A stretch of DNA of 64,000 nt from Heptranchias perlo (Eukaryota): assembly GCF_035084215.1 (NCBI RefSeq), contig NC_090363.1, forward strand, positions 6,696,001 through 6,760,000, in the 5' to 3' direction. Within the stretch, counting starts at the first letter, position 1, and each line of letters opens with the position of its first letter. The notes under the pieces are model-generated. The model did not search any database and was not told the DNA's origin. It saw only the letters and a list, made by a program, of their open reading frames with translations. This document shows positions 23,864 to 35,300 of the stretch, piece after piece. The position numbers and the translations under genes were made by a program.

Positions 23864-25729
23864 GAGATTGGATTTATTAGTGACTATCTTTTATTTATGG
23901 CCCCTAGTTTTGGTCTCCCCCATAAGTGGAAATATTTTCTCTACCCCATCAAACCCATTCATAACCTTAAATAACTCTATCAGGTCACCGTCAGTCTTCT
24001 CTTTTCTAGTCTGCAGGTTAGACGTGGCCCTATTCTGGTGATTCAGGCCGAAATTAAAGATCCCTTGAAACTATTTGAAGGAGAGCAGGGAGTTCTCGCG
24101 GTGTCTTCAATAACATTTCCCCTCAGCAGCTGTTTGTGCGCAAAATATAATGAAAAGCAAGAAGCTATAAAGCTAAAGAAAAAAAATCATGAAAAGTTTT
24201 GATAGAGTAAATAAGGAGAAACTGTTTTACACTGGCAGGAGGGTCGGTAACCAGAGGCAAGATGAGGAGACATTCTTTTACGCGGCGAACTGACGCGATC
24301 TGGAAATCGCTGCCTGAAAGGGCGGTGGGAGCAGATTCAATAGTAACTTTCAAAAGGGACTTGGATAAATACTTGAAGGGGAAAAATTTACGGAGCTATG
24401 GGGAAAGGGCAGGTGTGTGAGAGTAATTGGGTAGCTCTTTCAAAGAGCCGGCATAGGCATGATGGGCCGAATGGCCTTGTTCTGTGCTGTATCATTCTGT
24501 GATTACATTAATTTGCAATTTTTCCTTCTTTACCAAATACCTCTGCAGCAGTACATTAACTTTCCTAAGTTGTTCTGTTTAAATTCCAGCCTTCAATTCA
24601 AAACCTCCTTACAAGCCTGAATGCGTGTACAATTCATTCTGCAGTTGTTTTTGGAATCTTGTCTTAGAAATTATACAAAATGCATCTGGAATGCGCTACA
24701 AAACACAAATAAAAATTCCAACATTTCAAAGTGTCCCTGTAAATGTTTCCACTTCAAGGATTTACGCAAGTCCCCCTTTGAAAGTTACTATTGAATCTGC
24801 TTCTACCGCCATTTCAGGCAGTGCATTCCAGATCATAACAACACGCTGCGTTAAAAAAAAATGTCTCTCCATCTCACTTCTGGTTACCAACCCTTCTGCC
24901 ACTGGAAAAAGTTTCTCCTTATCTACTCTATCAAAAAGCACTTCCATTTATAAAGTGCCTTATCATCGTCCGCAGGATTTCTCAGTAATAGGCTGCTGGT
25001 GATTGGAGAATGAGGGGTGGTCTGACCGAGGGGTGATCTGATCCCACCATGCACCCTCCGTAAACTTGAGCTCAGCTGAAAACTCTGCTGTTGGTATCCT
25101 ACTTCGCACCAAGGCGCTTCATAGGAGCGGTTATCAAATGAAATTTGACACCGAGCCACATAAGCAGATCTAGGAAAGCTTAGTCAAAGAGATAGGTTTT
25201 AAGGAGCATCTTAAAGGAGGAGAGAGAGGTAGAGATGCAGGAAGGTTTATGGAGGGAATTTCAGAGCTTAGGGCTTCGGCAACTGAAGGCACGGTCGCCA
25301 ATGATGGAGCGTTGGGGATGCGCAAGAGGCCAGAATTGGAGGAGCGCAGAGATCTCAGATGGTTGTAGGGCTGGAGGAGGTTACAGAGATAGGGAGAGGG
25401 TGAGGCCATGGATGCATTCGAAAAAAAAAGGGTAAAAATTTTAAAATCGAGGCGTTGCCGGACCGGGAGCCAATGTAGGTCAGTGAGCACAGGGGCTGAT
25501 GAGTGAATGGGACTTGGTGTGAATTAGGATACGGGCAGCAGAGTTATGGATGAGCTCAAATTATTAGTAATTAGAAGGTGATGCAATGCCCATGAAAGAG
25601 GGAGTGACAGAATTACAGATTTCTCTCCCTGATTACAGGTGATGGAATCAGTCTCACAACAAACCCATCTGCTCCTCTTCAATCTTCTGTACACCAGTGG
25701 GAGTTGTTATAAGCTGAATAGCCCAGTAG

Positions 25730-25915
25730 TGAAGGGGAGAATACTAGAGCTTGGTCTTCAGTTGCTTCCAAGCCTTTATTCGCAGAGCTCCACATTACAC
25801 ACCCCACACCCTAGATAAGCTCTTTTATATATGGATGCACGCGAGCCCCAGTTGATAGACACCACCTGAATACAATTAACACTAATTGATATAAATCACA
25901 TGGATACAATTAACA
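25730..25915 (-). mobile_element. Possible solo LTR
   Basis: TG...CA ends, minus-strand TATA-like and AATAAA motifs, and an imperfect 4-bp flanking repeat (GTAG/GGAG). Confidence 0.3.
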
Positions 25916-26411
25916 GGAGTGACCCCGGTCTTATGCTGTGAGTGACCGACCAATTGCCAATCATCCTTCTTTCGGGAGAGTGCCACTAGTAAGTTTCAAA
26001 TTGACCCTCCTAAATTTAAAAAAAAACTTACATTGCAGGAATTATTTAGAAGAATGTAAAAAAACCACTGCAGCGAAAAGCAAAACTATTTGCTCCTGCA
26101 ATAAAAACTTCTGCGAAGGACCAATTGGACAGAACCTCCTTGATCCACACACGCTGGCTGAGCTGGTGAGCATTTCCAACATTAGAACCATAGAATCTTA
26201 CAGCACAGAAGGGGGGCCATTCGGCCCATCGTGCCTGTGCCAGCTCTTTGAAAGGTCTATCCAATTAGTCCCTCTCCCCCTGCTCTTTCCCCATGGCTCT
26301 TACATGCTCTGTTTTTATTTCAGATTTGCAGCATTTTGCTTTTTGTCCCACTGGGCTCCAAATCCAAGTGAATTTTTGCACCCCAAAAAAACTCACCCAA
26401 CTCAGGTTTAG

Positions 26412-26551
26412 CCAATCAACGCACAGGGGAGGCGGGGCTCGGTGTCATCTGCCATTTGCTGGCAGGGAGAAGGCGGGGCATTCGATGATTGACGTCCCCG
26501 CTAACCAATCACCAGCTCGCTGGCGTCCGCCAATCACCCAGGTGTATAAAA
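26412..26551 (+). promoter_or_regulatory. IER3 copy 2 promoter
   Basis: CCAAT at 26412, 26505 and 26530, GC boxes, CRE-like TGACGTC at 26490, TATAAAA at 26545. Confidence 0.7.
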
Positions 26552-26633
26552 GGAGTCGGTGCCGCAGTGATGTCTTCATATCCCTGACCAGCGAGTTTGA
26601 AGGCGGTTCCCAGTGCAGTGGCCCGAGAGACCG

Positions 26634-26813
26634 ATGTATTCTGCAGTCGCCCCCATCAGTCTGCCGCTCCCCCGCTCAACGGGGAAGCTTTACAGCCTCG
26701 ACAGCCGGAGGCACACCGAACCCGAGGTCTTCACCTTCGAGCCGATCCCAGAGCCCAAACACGGGTACAGACCCAAGAAGCGGCCACTTAAAGTCCTTTA
26801 TCCAATTCACCGA
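26634..26813 (+). CDS. ier3: IER3-like copy 2, exon 1 (gene 26634-28543, about 200 aa)
   Basis: ATG at 26634 lies downstream of TATAAAA. Encodes MYSAVAP...EPEVFTFEPIPEPKHGYRPKKRPLKVLYPIHR. Donor CGA|GTAAGG at 26813/4, phase 0. Confidence 0.85.
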
Positions 26814-26864
26814 GTAAGGATCCTGCTGCTTTAGTGCAGAGGCTAGAGAAATATAGTTTAGATT

Positions 26865-27882
26865 TGTTGTTGATTCTAGAGAAATAATTTAGTTTGATTT
26901 TGATTCTGGAGAAATTTAATTTGATTTTGATTCTGGAGAATCATAATTTAGTTTGATTTTGATTCTGGAGAAACATAATTTAGTTTGATTTTGATTCTGG
27001 AGAAATTTAATTTGATTTTGATTCTGGAGAATCATAATTTAGTTTGATTTTGATTCTGGAGAAACATAATTTAGTTTGATTTTTGATTCTGGAGAATCAT
27101 AATTTAGTTTGATTTTTGATTCTGGAGAATCATAATTTAGTTTGATTTTGATTCTGGAGAATCATAATTTAGTTTGATTTTGATTCTGGAGAATCATAAT
27201 TTAGTTTGATTTTGATTCTGGAGAATCATAATTTAGTTTGATTTTGATTCTGGAGAATCATAATTTAGTTTGATTTTGATTCTGGAGAATCATAATTTAG
27301 TTTGATTTTGATTCTGGAGAATCATAATTTAGTTTGATTTTAGTTTCTGGAGAATCATAATTTAGGTTGATTTTGATTCTGGAGAAACATAATTTAGGTT
27401 GATTTTTGATTCTGGAAAATCATAATTTAGGTTGATTTTTGATTCTGGAAAATCATAATTTAGGTTGATTTTTGATTCTGGAGAATCATAATTTAGGTTG
27501 ATTTTTGATTCTGGAGAATCATAATTTAGGTTGATTTTTGATTCTGGAAAATCATAATTTAGGTTGATTTTTGATTCTGGAGAAACATAATTTAGGTTGA
27601 TTTTTGATTCTGGAAAATCATAATTTAGGTTGATTTTTGATTCTGGAGAAACATAATTTAGGTTGATTTTTGATTCTGGAAAATCATAATTTAGGTTGAT
27701 TTTTGATTCTGGAAAATCATAATTTAGGTTGATTTTTGATTCTGGAAAATCATAATTTAGGTTGATTTTTGATTCTGGAAAATCATAATTTAGGTTGATT
27801 TTTGATTCTGGAGAATCATAATTTAGGTTGATTTTTGATTCTGGAGAATCATAATTTAGGTTGATTTTTGATTCTGGAGAAA
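26865..27882. repeat. About 32-34-bp AT-rich minisatellite in the intron of IER3 copy 2
   Basis: Unit GATTCTGGAGAATCATAATTTAG(T/G)TTGATTTT(T), about 30 copies. Confidence 0.95.
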
Positions 27883-27886
27883 TACA

Positions 27887-28001
27887 CTGGGTAATTTTAA
27901 CCTAACTTGCCAGGCGGGAATCCCACAGGATTAAGTGGAAAGCTGGTTTTACACCCTGCCCAATATTACTCTCCGGGCAGGTTAGGTTAAAAGTGTCCCA
28001 G
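27887..28001. mobile_element. MITE-like element in the IER3 copy 2 intron
   Basis: TIRs CTGGGTAATTTTAACCTAAC and GTTAGGTTAAAAGTGTCCCAG. A longer relative lies at 48445-48635 and a half copy at 62723-62815. Confidence 0.75.
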
Positions 28002-28120
28002 TAGTTTTAGGTTGGTTGTGATTTGGAAATAACAAACTCCTGTAGAAATCCAGTGTTTGAAGATTGCTGCCAAGGATCGCCCGTTAACCAGATTTTTATC
28101 TTGTATTTTTGGTTCCGCAG

Positions 28121-28543
28121 CCTCGGAGGGCCCTCCCTGCCAAGAAGGACATGACCAAGAGGCTGTTCCTGCTTCTCGTTTCCATCGTTGCCTTCCAGGT
28201 GTACAGCGCCACGGAGCAGTGTGAAGATGAGCCGAGTCTGGTCTCCGAGGGAATGGAGCCAGAAATGAGGAGTGAACTCGCCCATCCTATTGAGGCATTT
28301 TGGATGTCTGATTCTGCTGCCCTCCCGGCTCCTGCCTCCCCGCGAGGAGAACGGGCCAATTCCACGTTGTTTCTATCCGACGTCCACCTCACACAGACGC
28401 TCGAGGGGCGGATTTTCAACTTAACTGAAGTCTGTGGGCATTTAGAAATCGGGCGGTTTCTGTGCGGGGCGATCATGACGCCTGCTTTACATTCGGTCGG
28501 TAAGTTGAAAGTCTCCCCCCACCTGTGCGAAAGCAGCGATTGA
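28121..28543 (+). CDS. ier3: IER3-like copy 2, exon 2
   Basis: Acceptor tttttggttccgcag ends at 28120 (1307-nt intron). Encodes PRRALPAKKDMTKRLFLLLVSIVAFQVYSATEQCEDE..., homologous to exon 2 of the other copies but with a longer C-terminus. Confidence 0.85.
   Translation, partial: PRRALPAKKDMTKRLFLLLVSIVAFQVYSATEQCEDEPSLVSEGMEPEMRSELAHPIEAFWMSDSAALPAPASPRGERANSTLFLSDVHLTQTLEGRIFNLTEVCGHLEIGRFLCGAIMTPALHSVGKLKVSPHLCESSD
28405..28519. mobile_element. MITE-like inverted repeat inside IER3 copy 2 exon 2
   Basis: GGGGCGGATTTTCAACTTA at one end and TAAGTTGAAAGTCTCCCCC at the other. Confidence 0.6.
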
Positions 28544-29179
28544 GCGCTGGGGTTTGGATCGAGCGGCTCATTCTACCGAGCATGCGTCACCGCAGTTTTC
28601 TGAGCGGTTTACAACCCCGAGCGGCTCCTCACTTGGGCTCGTTGACGCCCAGGAGCGATGAGGGCCTCAAGACATGAAGGAGAACTGAGTTTTCAAACAA
28701 TTCGCAGAACAAAAATGCTCCAGGACTGCATGTCGAGATTGTAAAATAGGGCCGAATATATTGTCTTCTGCAGTTAGTGTTGAATTGCCAACAAATGAAG
28801 AATTTTATTGAATGGAAATTGCTAGTATTTGCATTCTGATTGCTAGCAAATGTGTAGGTTATTTAATTTATTCATATTTGGAATATTTTTGCCTTGAAAT
28901 ATTTCAAGTTATTTATTCTTGTGACTCGTCGTGTAATATTTTGTCCGATTTACTTTTAGGTGGGGGTGTTTTTCCAGAATTTTGGTTATATGGGGTGAGA
29001 TCAACTGTCAGGGAACCCATGCTATTTAAGATGATCTAACACTCTATTGATAATGGATAATCAGGAAACTTCAGGTTTGCATTGACAAACCGCTTGGGAA
29101 GGAACTAAATATATAAGGGGATAGATTAGCATCTTCACTACCTGGGTGGTAATCTGTTACAGCACTGACTTCATGTCCA

Positions 29180-29560
29180 CCTTGGCTCAATCAGCAGCAC
29201 TCTTGCCTCTGAATCAGAAGGTTGTGGATTCAAGTCCCACCGCAGGCACAAAATCTAGGCCTGACGCTCCAGTGCTGCACTGTTGGGGAGAGCCATCTTT
29301 CACATGAGACATTAGACCGAGGCCCCGTCTGCCCCCTCGGGTGTACGTAAAAGATCCAAAGGCACTATTTTGAAGAGCAGGAGAGTTTCCCCCCCCCCCC
29401 CCCCCCCCCCGGTCTCCTGGCCAATGTTTTTCCCTCAACCAACATCACTAAAACAGATTATCTGGTCATTATGTTTGTGGGATCTTGCTGTGCGCAAATT
29501 GGCGGCCGGGTCTCCTACATCATAAGTGACTATACTTCAAAAGCATTTCATTGGTTGTTA
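29180..29560 (+). mobile_element. tRNA-derived SINE with a Deu-like core
   Basis: tRNA-like head (TGGCTCA...GGATTCAAGTCCCAC) and core ATGAGAC..TA.ACCGAGGCCCCGTCTGCCC. Other copies lie at 1825-2145, 2468-2790(-), 31505-32050, 34020-34195(-), 37190-37395 and 49180-49330(-). Confidence 0.7.
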
Positions 29561-32500
29561 CATAGTCCACAATATAGAAACAGGCCATTCGGCCCAACTT
29601 GTCGATGTCGGTGTTTATGCTCCACACGAGCCTTCCACCCCTTTTCATCTCACTCTATCAGCATATCCTTCTATTCCTTTCTCCATGTGCTTATCTAACT
29701 TTCCCTTAATTGCAGAAGGGGATGTCCTGAGGTCATGAAAGGTGCCATATAAATGCAAGTTATTTCCTTTCTTTCTTTAATAGAGCCATGGAGAGGAAAC
29801 GAGGCAAAGGGATGAGGGAGGGTTCCATATAGAGTAGATGTTCCCCACCACCAGGCAATGAAGATGAAAATCTGTTGCAACATTTTAAGTAAATGCCTAC
29901 AGCTGCCTTCAAAGTATTTATGGTAAAACGGGCTGCTGTAACCTCTGACCATGAAACTAGGTGCAGCCATGGGTGAAGCTGCGTTCTACCTTGAGGTCTC
30001 TCCTTAGATGCAAACTGGAGGGTTCATGGTGTCAGAAGTGTGCTGCCTGCAGAACCGCAGTTTGCGGAGGCTGAGGTTCTGGGTTTTAATGGGACTAGCC
30101 CTAACTCTGAACTTTAGTGCTCCGATGGAGATAATTGTGGAATTTTTCATAATTTCATGTTAATTTATCAAAATGATTTAATTTATTGTCATATTTAAAT
30201 GTATTTATTTTTCGATGGCCTCTTTATTGTATTTGAAATCTTTGTATTTAAATTTTGGAGTTAATGTATTTGACAGATGTGATGGCCAAGGGCAGGAATT
30301 ACCCTTGGTGAAGTTCATCTCTAAATGCTTAAGGTGCTTGTACTATATTTCTGCGTGCACAACCTTTAAACCTGGCTTTAACATGCCTATTTTAAAAATG
30401 TCTTAAATGTTTCCCTACAGTGACTGCACTTTAAAAGTGCTTAATTGACTGAAGCGCCTTGGTACGTCCTGAGGTTGTGAGAGGTTGCTATATAAATGCT
30501 GCTTTCTTTCATACACAGGGGTGCAGTACAAGCACATGGAGCATTCCTGCATGAACTTTCCAAATTTCATCCTACCTCCCGCCCATCCCCATCTCATCTC
30601 CCTGCTGCAGCTTACTTGAGAAAGTTCAGCAGCCCGAGGGATTGGGGTGGGACTAGCCAGTCTCATCACTTCACGATCTGAATGATCAACAGGTTTGACA
30701 CTGGTGTTGCCTGTGTGGAGTTAAGGGGTTGGAGATCGAAATATTTGATTTGAAGTCGTGCCTTTTCACATGGTTTGTTATGTTATCAAGTGGCTTAACG
30801 TCAAGACAGAATGTTGTGATGCAATAAAAACTCTTATTTATTAAAGTAGCCGTAATAGTTATTCATTGGATGCATTTTTGCTGGGAGATTTCCTCTTTTT
30901 AAACACAAAACAACTTATGAAGCCAGTGTGAGTCATAACGTGAACTCTCTTGGGGCCATTAGCCCGAAGATTGTTTACTTGATTGAGCAGATGACCACGC
31001 ATTGAACAACCCAAATGGCTAGGAAAACATCCCATAATCCAGCACAGATGCCCCTCGTCTAGACCACAAAACTCTCACCAAAGCGAACGATTCAAACCCA
31101 TTTTTTTATTAAGAGAAAGCTGGAAATCTGACATTGAAAACCATGCTGGAAATACACAGCGGTGTCGAAAATCGCCTTGGTCGATAACACAAAATGGGCA
31201 GGATTGCATTGGCCGCCTATTATTCTCCCCGCTCTTTATTCAGATCCATTGCGGTCAGCGGAATTGAGTATCAGGCTGGACATACCTGAGGGAAGGTTTT
31301 CTGCTTCTGTGCTCCCCTTTAAAATGAGCAGGTGAAAAATCATAAGCCGGGGAGTATGGATTCAGATCAGCCATGGTCTAATTGAATGGTGGAACAGGCT
31401 TGAGGGGCTGAATGGCCTGTTCTTGTGTTCCTGTGTAATAAGTGACCAGCACCATAACTCAACATCAGGTGTGAATGTATCAAATGATACATGATCTAAC
31501 CCTGGTGCCATGGCTCAGTGGTAGCTCTCTTGCTCTGCATCAGAAGGTTGTAGGTTCAAGTCCCACTCCAGATACTTAAGATAAGAACGTAAGAAATAGG
31601 AGCAGGAGTTGGCCATATGGCCCCTCAAGCCTGCTCTGCCATTTAATAAGATCCTGGTTGCCCTTTGCCCTCAGACTTTCCTGTCTGATCCCCGATTCCC
31701 TTGAGCACATAATCTAGGCTGACGCTCCCTGTGCAGTAATGAGGGAGTGCTGCACTGTCAGAGGTGCCGTCCTTTGGATGAGACGTTCAATTGTCTGCCC
31801 TCACAGGTAAAAGATCCCGTGGCATTTTTTCGAAGACGAGCAGGGGAGTTCTCGCTGGTGTCCTGGCCAATACTTATCCCTCAATCAACATCACTAATCT
31901 GGTCATTATCACATTGATGTTTGTGGGATCCTGCTGTGTGCAAATTGGTTGCTGTGTTTCCTACATTACAACAGTGTCTACACTTCAAAAGTATTTAATT
32001 GGCTGTAAAGTGATTTGGGACATCCAGAGGACATGAAAAGTGCAAGTCTTTTTCTCATGGTGGTGAATAACTCCTACTGGGTGGCAGGGGGCTAAAACAG
32101 AAAGTCCAGAGGCTGCTAAATAATTCTCACAAATAAAACACGTTCCACACACCTGCAACCCCCTCAACATCACATCAGTCTCGTATGGAGTCCGACTGAT
32201 TTGGTTACAAAGATTGCCACTGAATCTGCTTCATGAAATGGGTCCTCAGCTCATCTGCTAAATGATTTGTTTTGACTGGGAGGCAGGAAATCAATGGCAA
32301 AGATCACAGGTTTTCAGCAAAAATGGACAGATCACAGAATGCAATTCCCCAAAAACATTGGCACAAATCCAAAGCAATAAAACTAGAATTACGCTCAGTC
32401 ACAGTGGGCCAGACCGTAAAGAAACATCATAAAATGTCTTTTAATAATAACATTTACATAGATAATTCCTTATTACCTTGCCAAAACATCCTAAAGTACT

Positions 32501-33489
32501 TCAGGAAATGAAGTACTTTGAAGTGTGCTGCCTGTTATGGGGGCAAATATAGTAGCTAATTTTTGCACAGCAAGATCCCACATTCAGTAATGATAACCAG
32601 TTAATCAGGAGTGTGGTGGAATACTCTCCACTTGCCCCGATGGCTGCAGCTGCAGCAACACTCAAAAAGCTCAACACTCAGGACAAAGCAGCCCATCCAC
32701 CACCCTAAACATTCACTCCCTTCACCATCGGCGCACCGTGGCTGCAGTTTGTACTATCTACAGGGCACACTGCAACAACTCGCCAAGGCTTCTTCGGCAG
32801 CCACCTCCCAAACCCACGACCTTTTAGAAGGACAAGGGCAGCAGGTACATGGGAACAACACCACCTCCAAGTTCCCCTCCAAGTCACACACCATCCCCAC
32901 TTGGAACTCGCGACCTCTACCACCTAGAAGGACAAGGGCAGCAGGCACATGGGAACACCACCACATGCATGTTCCCCTCCAAGTCACACACCATCCCGAC
33001 TTGGAAATATATCGCCGTTCCTTCATCGCCGCTGGGTCAAAATCCTGGAACTCCCTACCTAACAGCGCTGTGGGAGAACCTTCACCACACGGACTGCAGC
33101 GGTTCAAGAAGGCGGCTCATCACCACCTTCTCAAGGGCAATTAGGGATGGGCAATAAATGCCGGCCTCGCCAGCGACGCCCATACCCCCAGAATGACTGT
33201 TTAAAAATCTATTTTTTGGGGGGAAGGAGTGGGGGGGGGGGGAATGCTGCTTGAGGGAGCAATCTTGGACATTATCCAATTTCTGCCCTTCCAATAGTGA
33301 CACGGGTTCCATAGAAAATCAGGCAAAGGGGAATATTCAGGTTTAGCGTCTCACCCAAAGGACTGATTCAGTCGGTCCTTTGGTTCCAAAGTGCGTTCGT
33401 TTGTGTAACGTGGACAGTTTCAAATGAATAGGATACGAACGAGATGAGAATGCGGGGCTCCTGTCTCCTCTTGACCAAACCCCGTGAGT

Positions 33490-33750
33490 GGGACATTTTC
33501 TACGAATTTTACGTTTCGGAAATTTCATCTGCGTCCAGACACCAATCCAATCCGGCCAATCGGGTAACTGAAATGGGGTGGGACTTCTCATGGGTACCAA
33601 TGAAAGTGCAAGGATACCATCAGCCCCGGGTAGGGGGCTGGACCTGTCCAACCCACCAGGAATGGTACAAAGAGGGGAGGAAGCGGCGGAGGAGCGAGCA
33701 CATCTGAGGCTTGGGGCAGGGTCGACGCTCACCTGTGTGGCTTAAAATCC
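33490..33750 (+). promoter_or_regulatory. IER3 copy 3 promoter
   Basis: kB-like GGGACATTTTC at about 33490 and GGAAATTTC at about 33518, clustered CCAAT boxes at 33542-33600. No canonical TATA box. Confidence 0.5.
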
Positions 33751-33782
33751 TGCTTCGTTCCCCCTGGTTAAACGATACCATC

Positions 33783-33938
33783 ATGTGTCTGGCGAGAACC
33801 TGCGTCGGTTCCACCGGCTTCCCCGGCCACTCCAGCCGGAGTCAGCCTTTGGTTTTCACCTTCGAGTCCATCCCGGAGCGCGTACCCAAAATCCGAGTCA
33901 AGAAGCGATCTCGGCGAGTCCTCTATCCCCCTCATCAG
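33783..33938 (+). CDS. ier3: IER3-like copy 3, exon 1 (gene 33783-34685, 148 aa)
   Basis: Encodes MCLARTCVG...VFTFESIPERVPKIRVKKRSRRVLYPPHQ, the closest of the three to human MCHSRSC...KRSRRVLYP. Donor CAG|GTACAT at 33938/9, phase 0. Confidence 0.9.
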
Positions 33939-34394
33939 GTACATGTCTTGCCCATTTTAACAAAGAAAGAGCTTTCATATATATATATATATAGGGGTAT
34001 ATATATATATAGAGAGAGAGAGCCTTTCAGGACGTCCCAACGCGATTTACAGCCAATTAAGTATTTTTTTTTGAAGAGCAGTCACTGTTGTAATGGGGCG
34101 GCCAATTTGCGCACAGCAAGATCCCACAAGCTGCAAGAATGACCAGATCGTCTGTTCTTAACGGTGTTGGTTGAGGATAAATATTGGCCCAGGATAAACA
34201 GTTGGCTATTCAGAAAACTCTTTTTTTGCAATTAAAGTTGTATCCCACTATAATTATTAAATGACATTTCCAAAATTAGATGTATATTTTAGGGAATTTT
34301 ATTGGTTATAAGAGTAGCTTTAGTCATTACAATTATATCAGTGTGGATCTCTCGTTTTTAACATGCTCTATCTATCTTCTCTCTCTCTCTCCAG

Positions 34395-34685
34395 GTGAGA
34401 AGGTCCCTTCCTACCGAGAAGGACATGGCCAAGAGGCTGCTCCTGTTTTTAATCTCCGTTGTCCTCATCCAGGTGTACGGCGCCGTGGAAGACGAGCTCA
34501 GCCTCTCCTCTCCGGACCTGAGCGCTGCGACGCAAGTCTCGGCGTCTAGCCCGGCCCCTTCGGGCTTCTCCGCCTCCGCCGTGCTCCTCGACACGTCCCC
34601 GGGAGCTGAAGCCAACTGCACCCAACAGCCTGCAGGAGGGGACTCGCTACAGGCGACCGGAGTCGTCCGATCCTGCAGGATGTGA
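34395..34685 (+). CDS. ier3: IER3-like copy 3, exon 2
   Basis: (CT)n-CCAG acceptor ends at 34394 (456-nt intron). The 291-nt coding part differs from copy 1 exon 2 at only 2 positions by eye. Confidence 0.9.
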   Translation: MRRSLPTEKDMAKRLLLFLISVVLIQVYGAVEDELSLSSPDLSAATQVSASSPAPSGFSASAVLLDTSPGAEANCTQQPAGGDSLQATGVVRSCRM

Positions 34686-35300
34686 ACTGCGAAATGGTTC
34701 AATCGTCGATTATTTGTTTTTTTTGTCCCGGGGGGAATCGGTCGAATTTTCTCCAGAGACATTATTAGCGGGTACACATTCCGTGTGACTACTGAGGGAC
34801 CCATCAGTGAAAGACTGAAGCATGTTTTCTACACGTCAGTATTGTGTGTGTGCTGAAGACCCGTTGAAAGCGAACTTGGGACTCGTATCTGAAACCAAAA
34901 GTTGATGTAACGCGTTTGGCGTCTTGCATTCCTTGAGAAATTCAGGACTTTAAATCTATCTGAGTCCAATACTGGTGTTACTTCAGTTAATGTGTTATTT
35001 TGTTTGAGCTAACTAAATGCACTAACAGTTTGCACAAAACGTTTATAATTTAAATATTTATATATTGCATGTTTATTTATACTGTATATGGATGTATTTA
35101 TGTCTTGATTTGTACAAATATGTCTGAACTTACTGGGTAAGTTCCATGTTGATAATCTCCCCCGTTGGGTAGAGCTAGAAAATTCACTTGTACCAAAGTC
35201 TGGGGTTTTTTGGATCAGCCATCCATGTCAATACATGTTTGTCTTTTCTGTACCATTTGTTATGTTCTAGGAACAAAGATTTGCAGCGATTTAAAATAAA
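34686..35300 (+). promoter_or_regulatory. IER3 copy 3 3' UTR with AU-rich elements and poly(A) signal
   Basis: ATTTA cluster at 35045-35102, hairpin TGTTC-TAG-GAACA at 35263-35275, AATAAA at 35295. Confidence 0.65.

Noticed and set aside
26570-26587. uORF MSSYP before IER3 copy 2
   Set aside because: The ATG is only 25 nt after the TATA box start, probably at or before the transcription start.
29180-29245. tRNA gene
   Set aside because: The tRNA-like head runs directly into a SINE body and no complete cloverleaf is evident.
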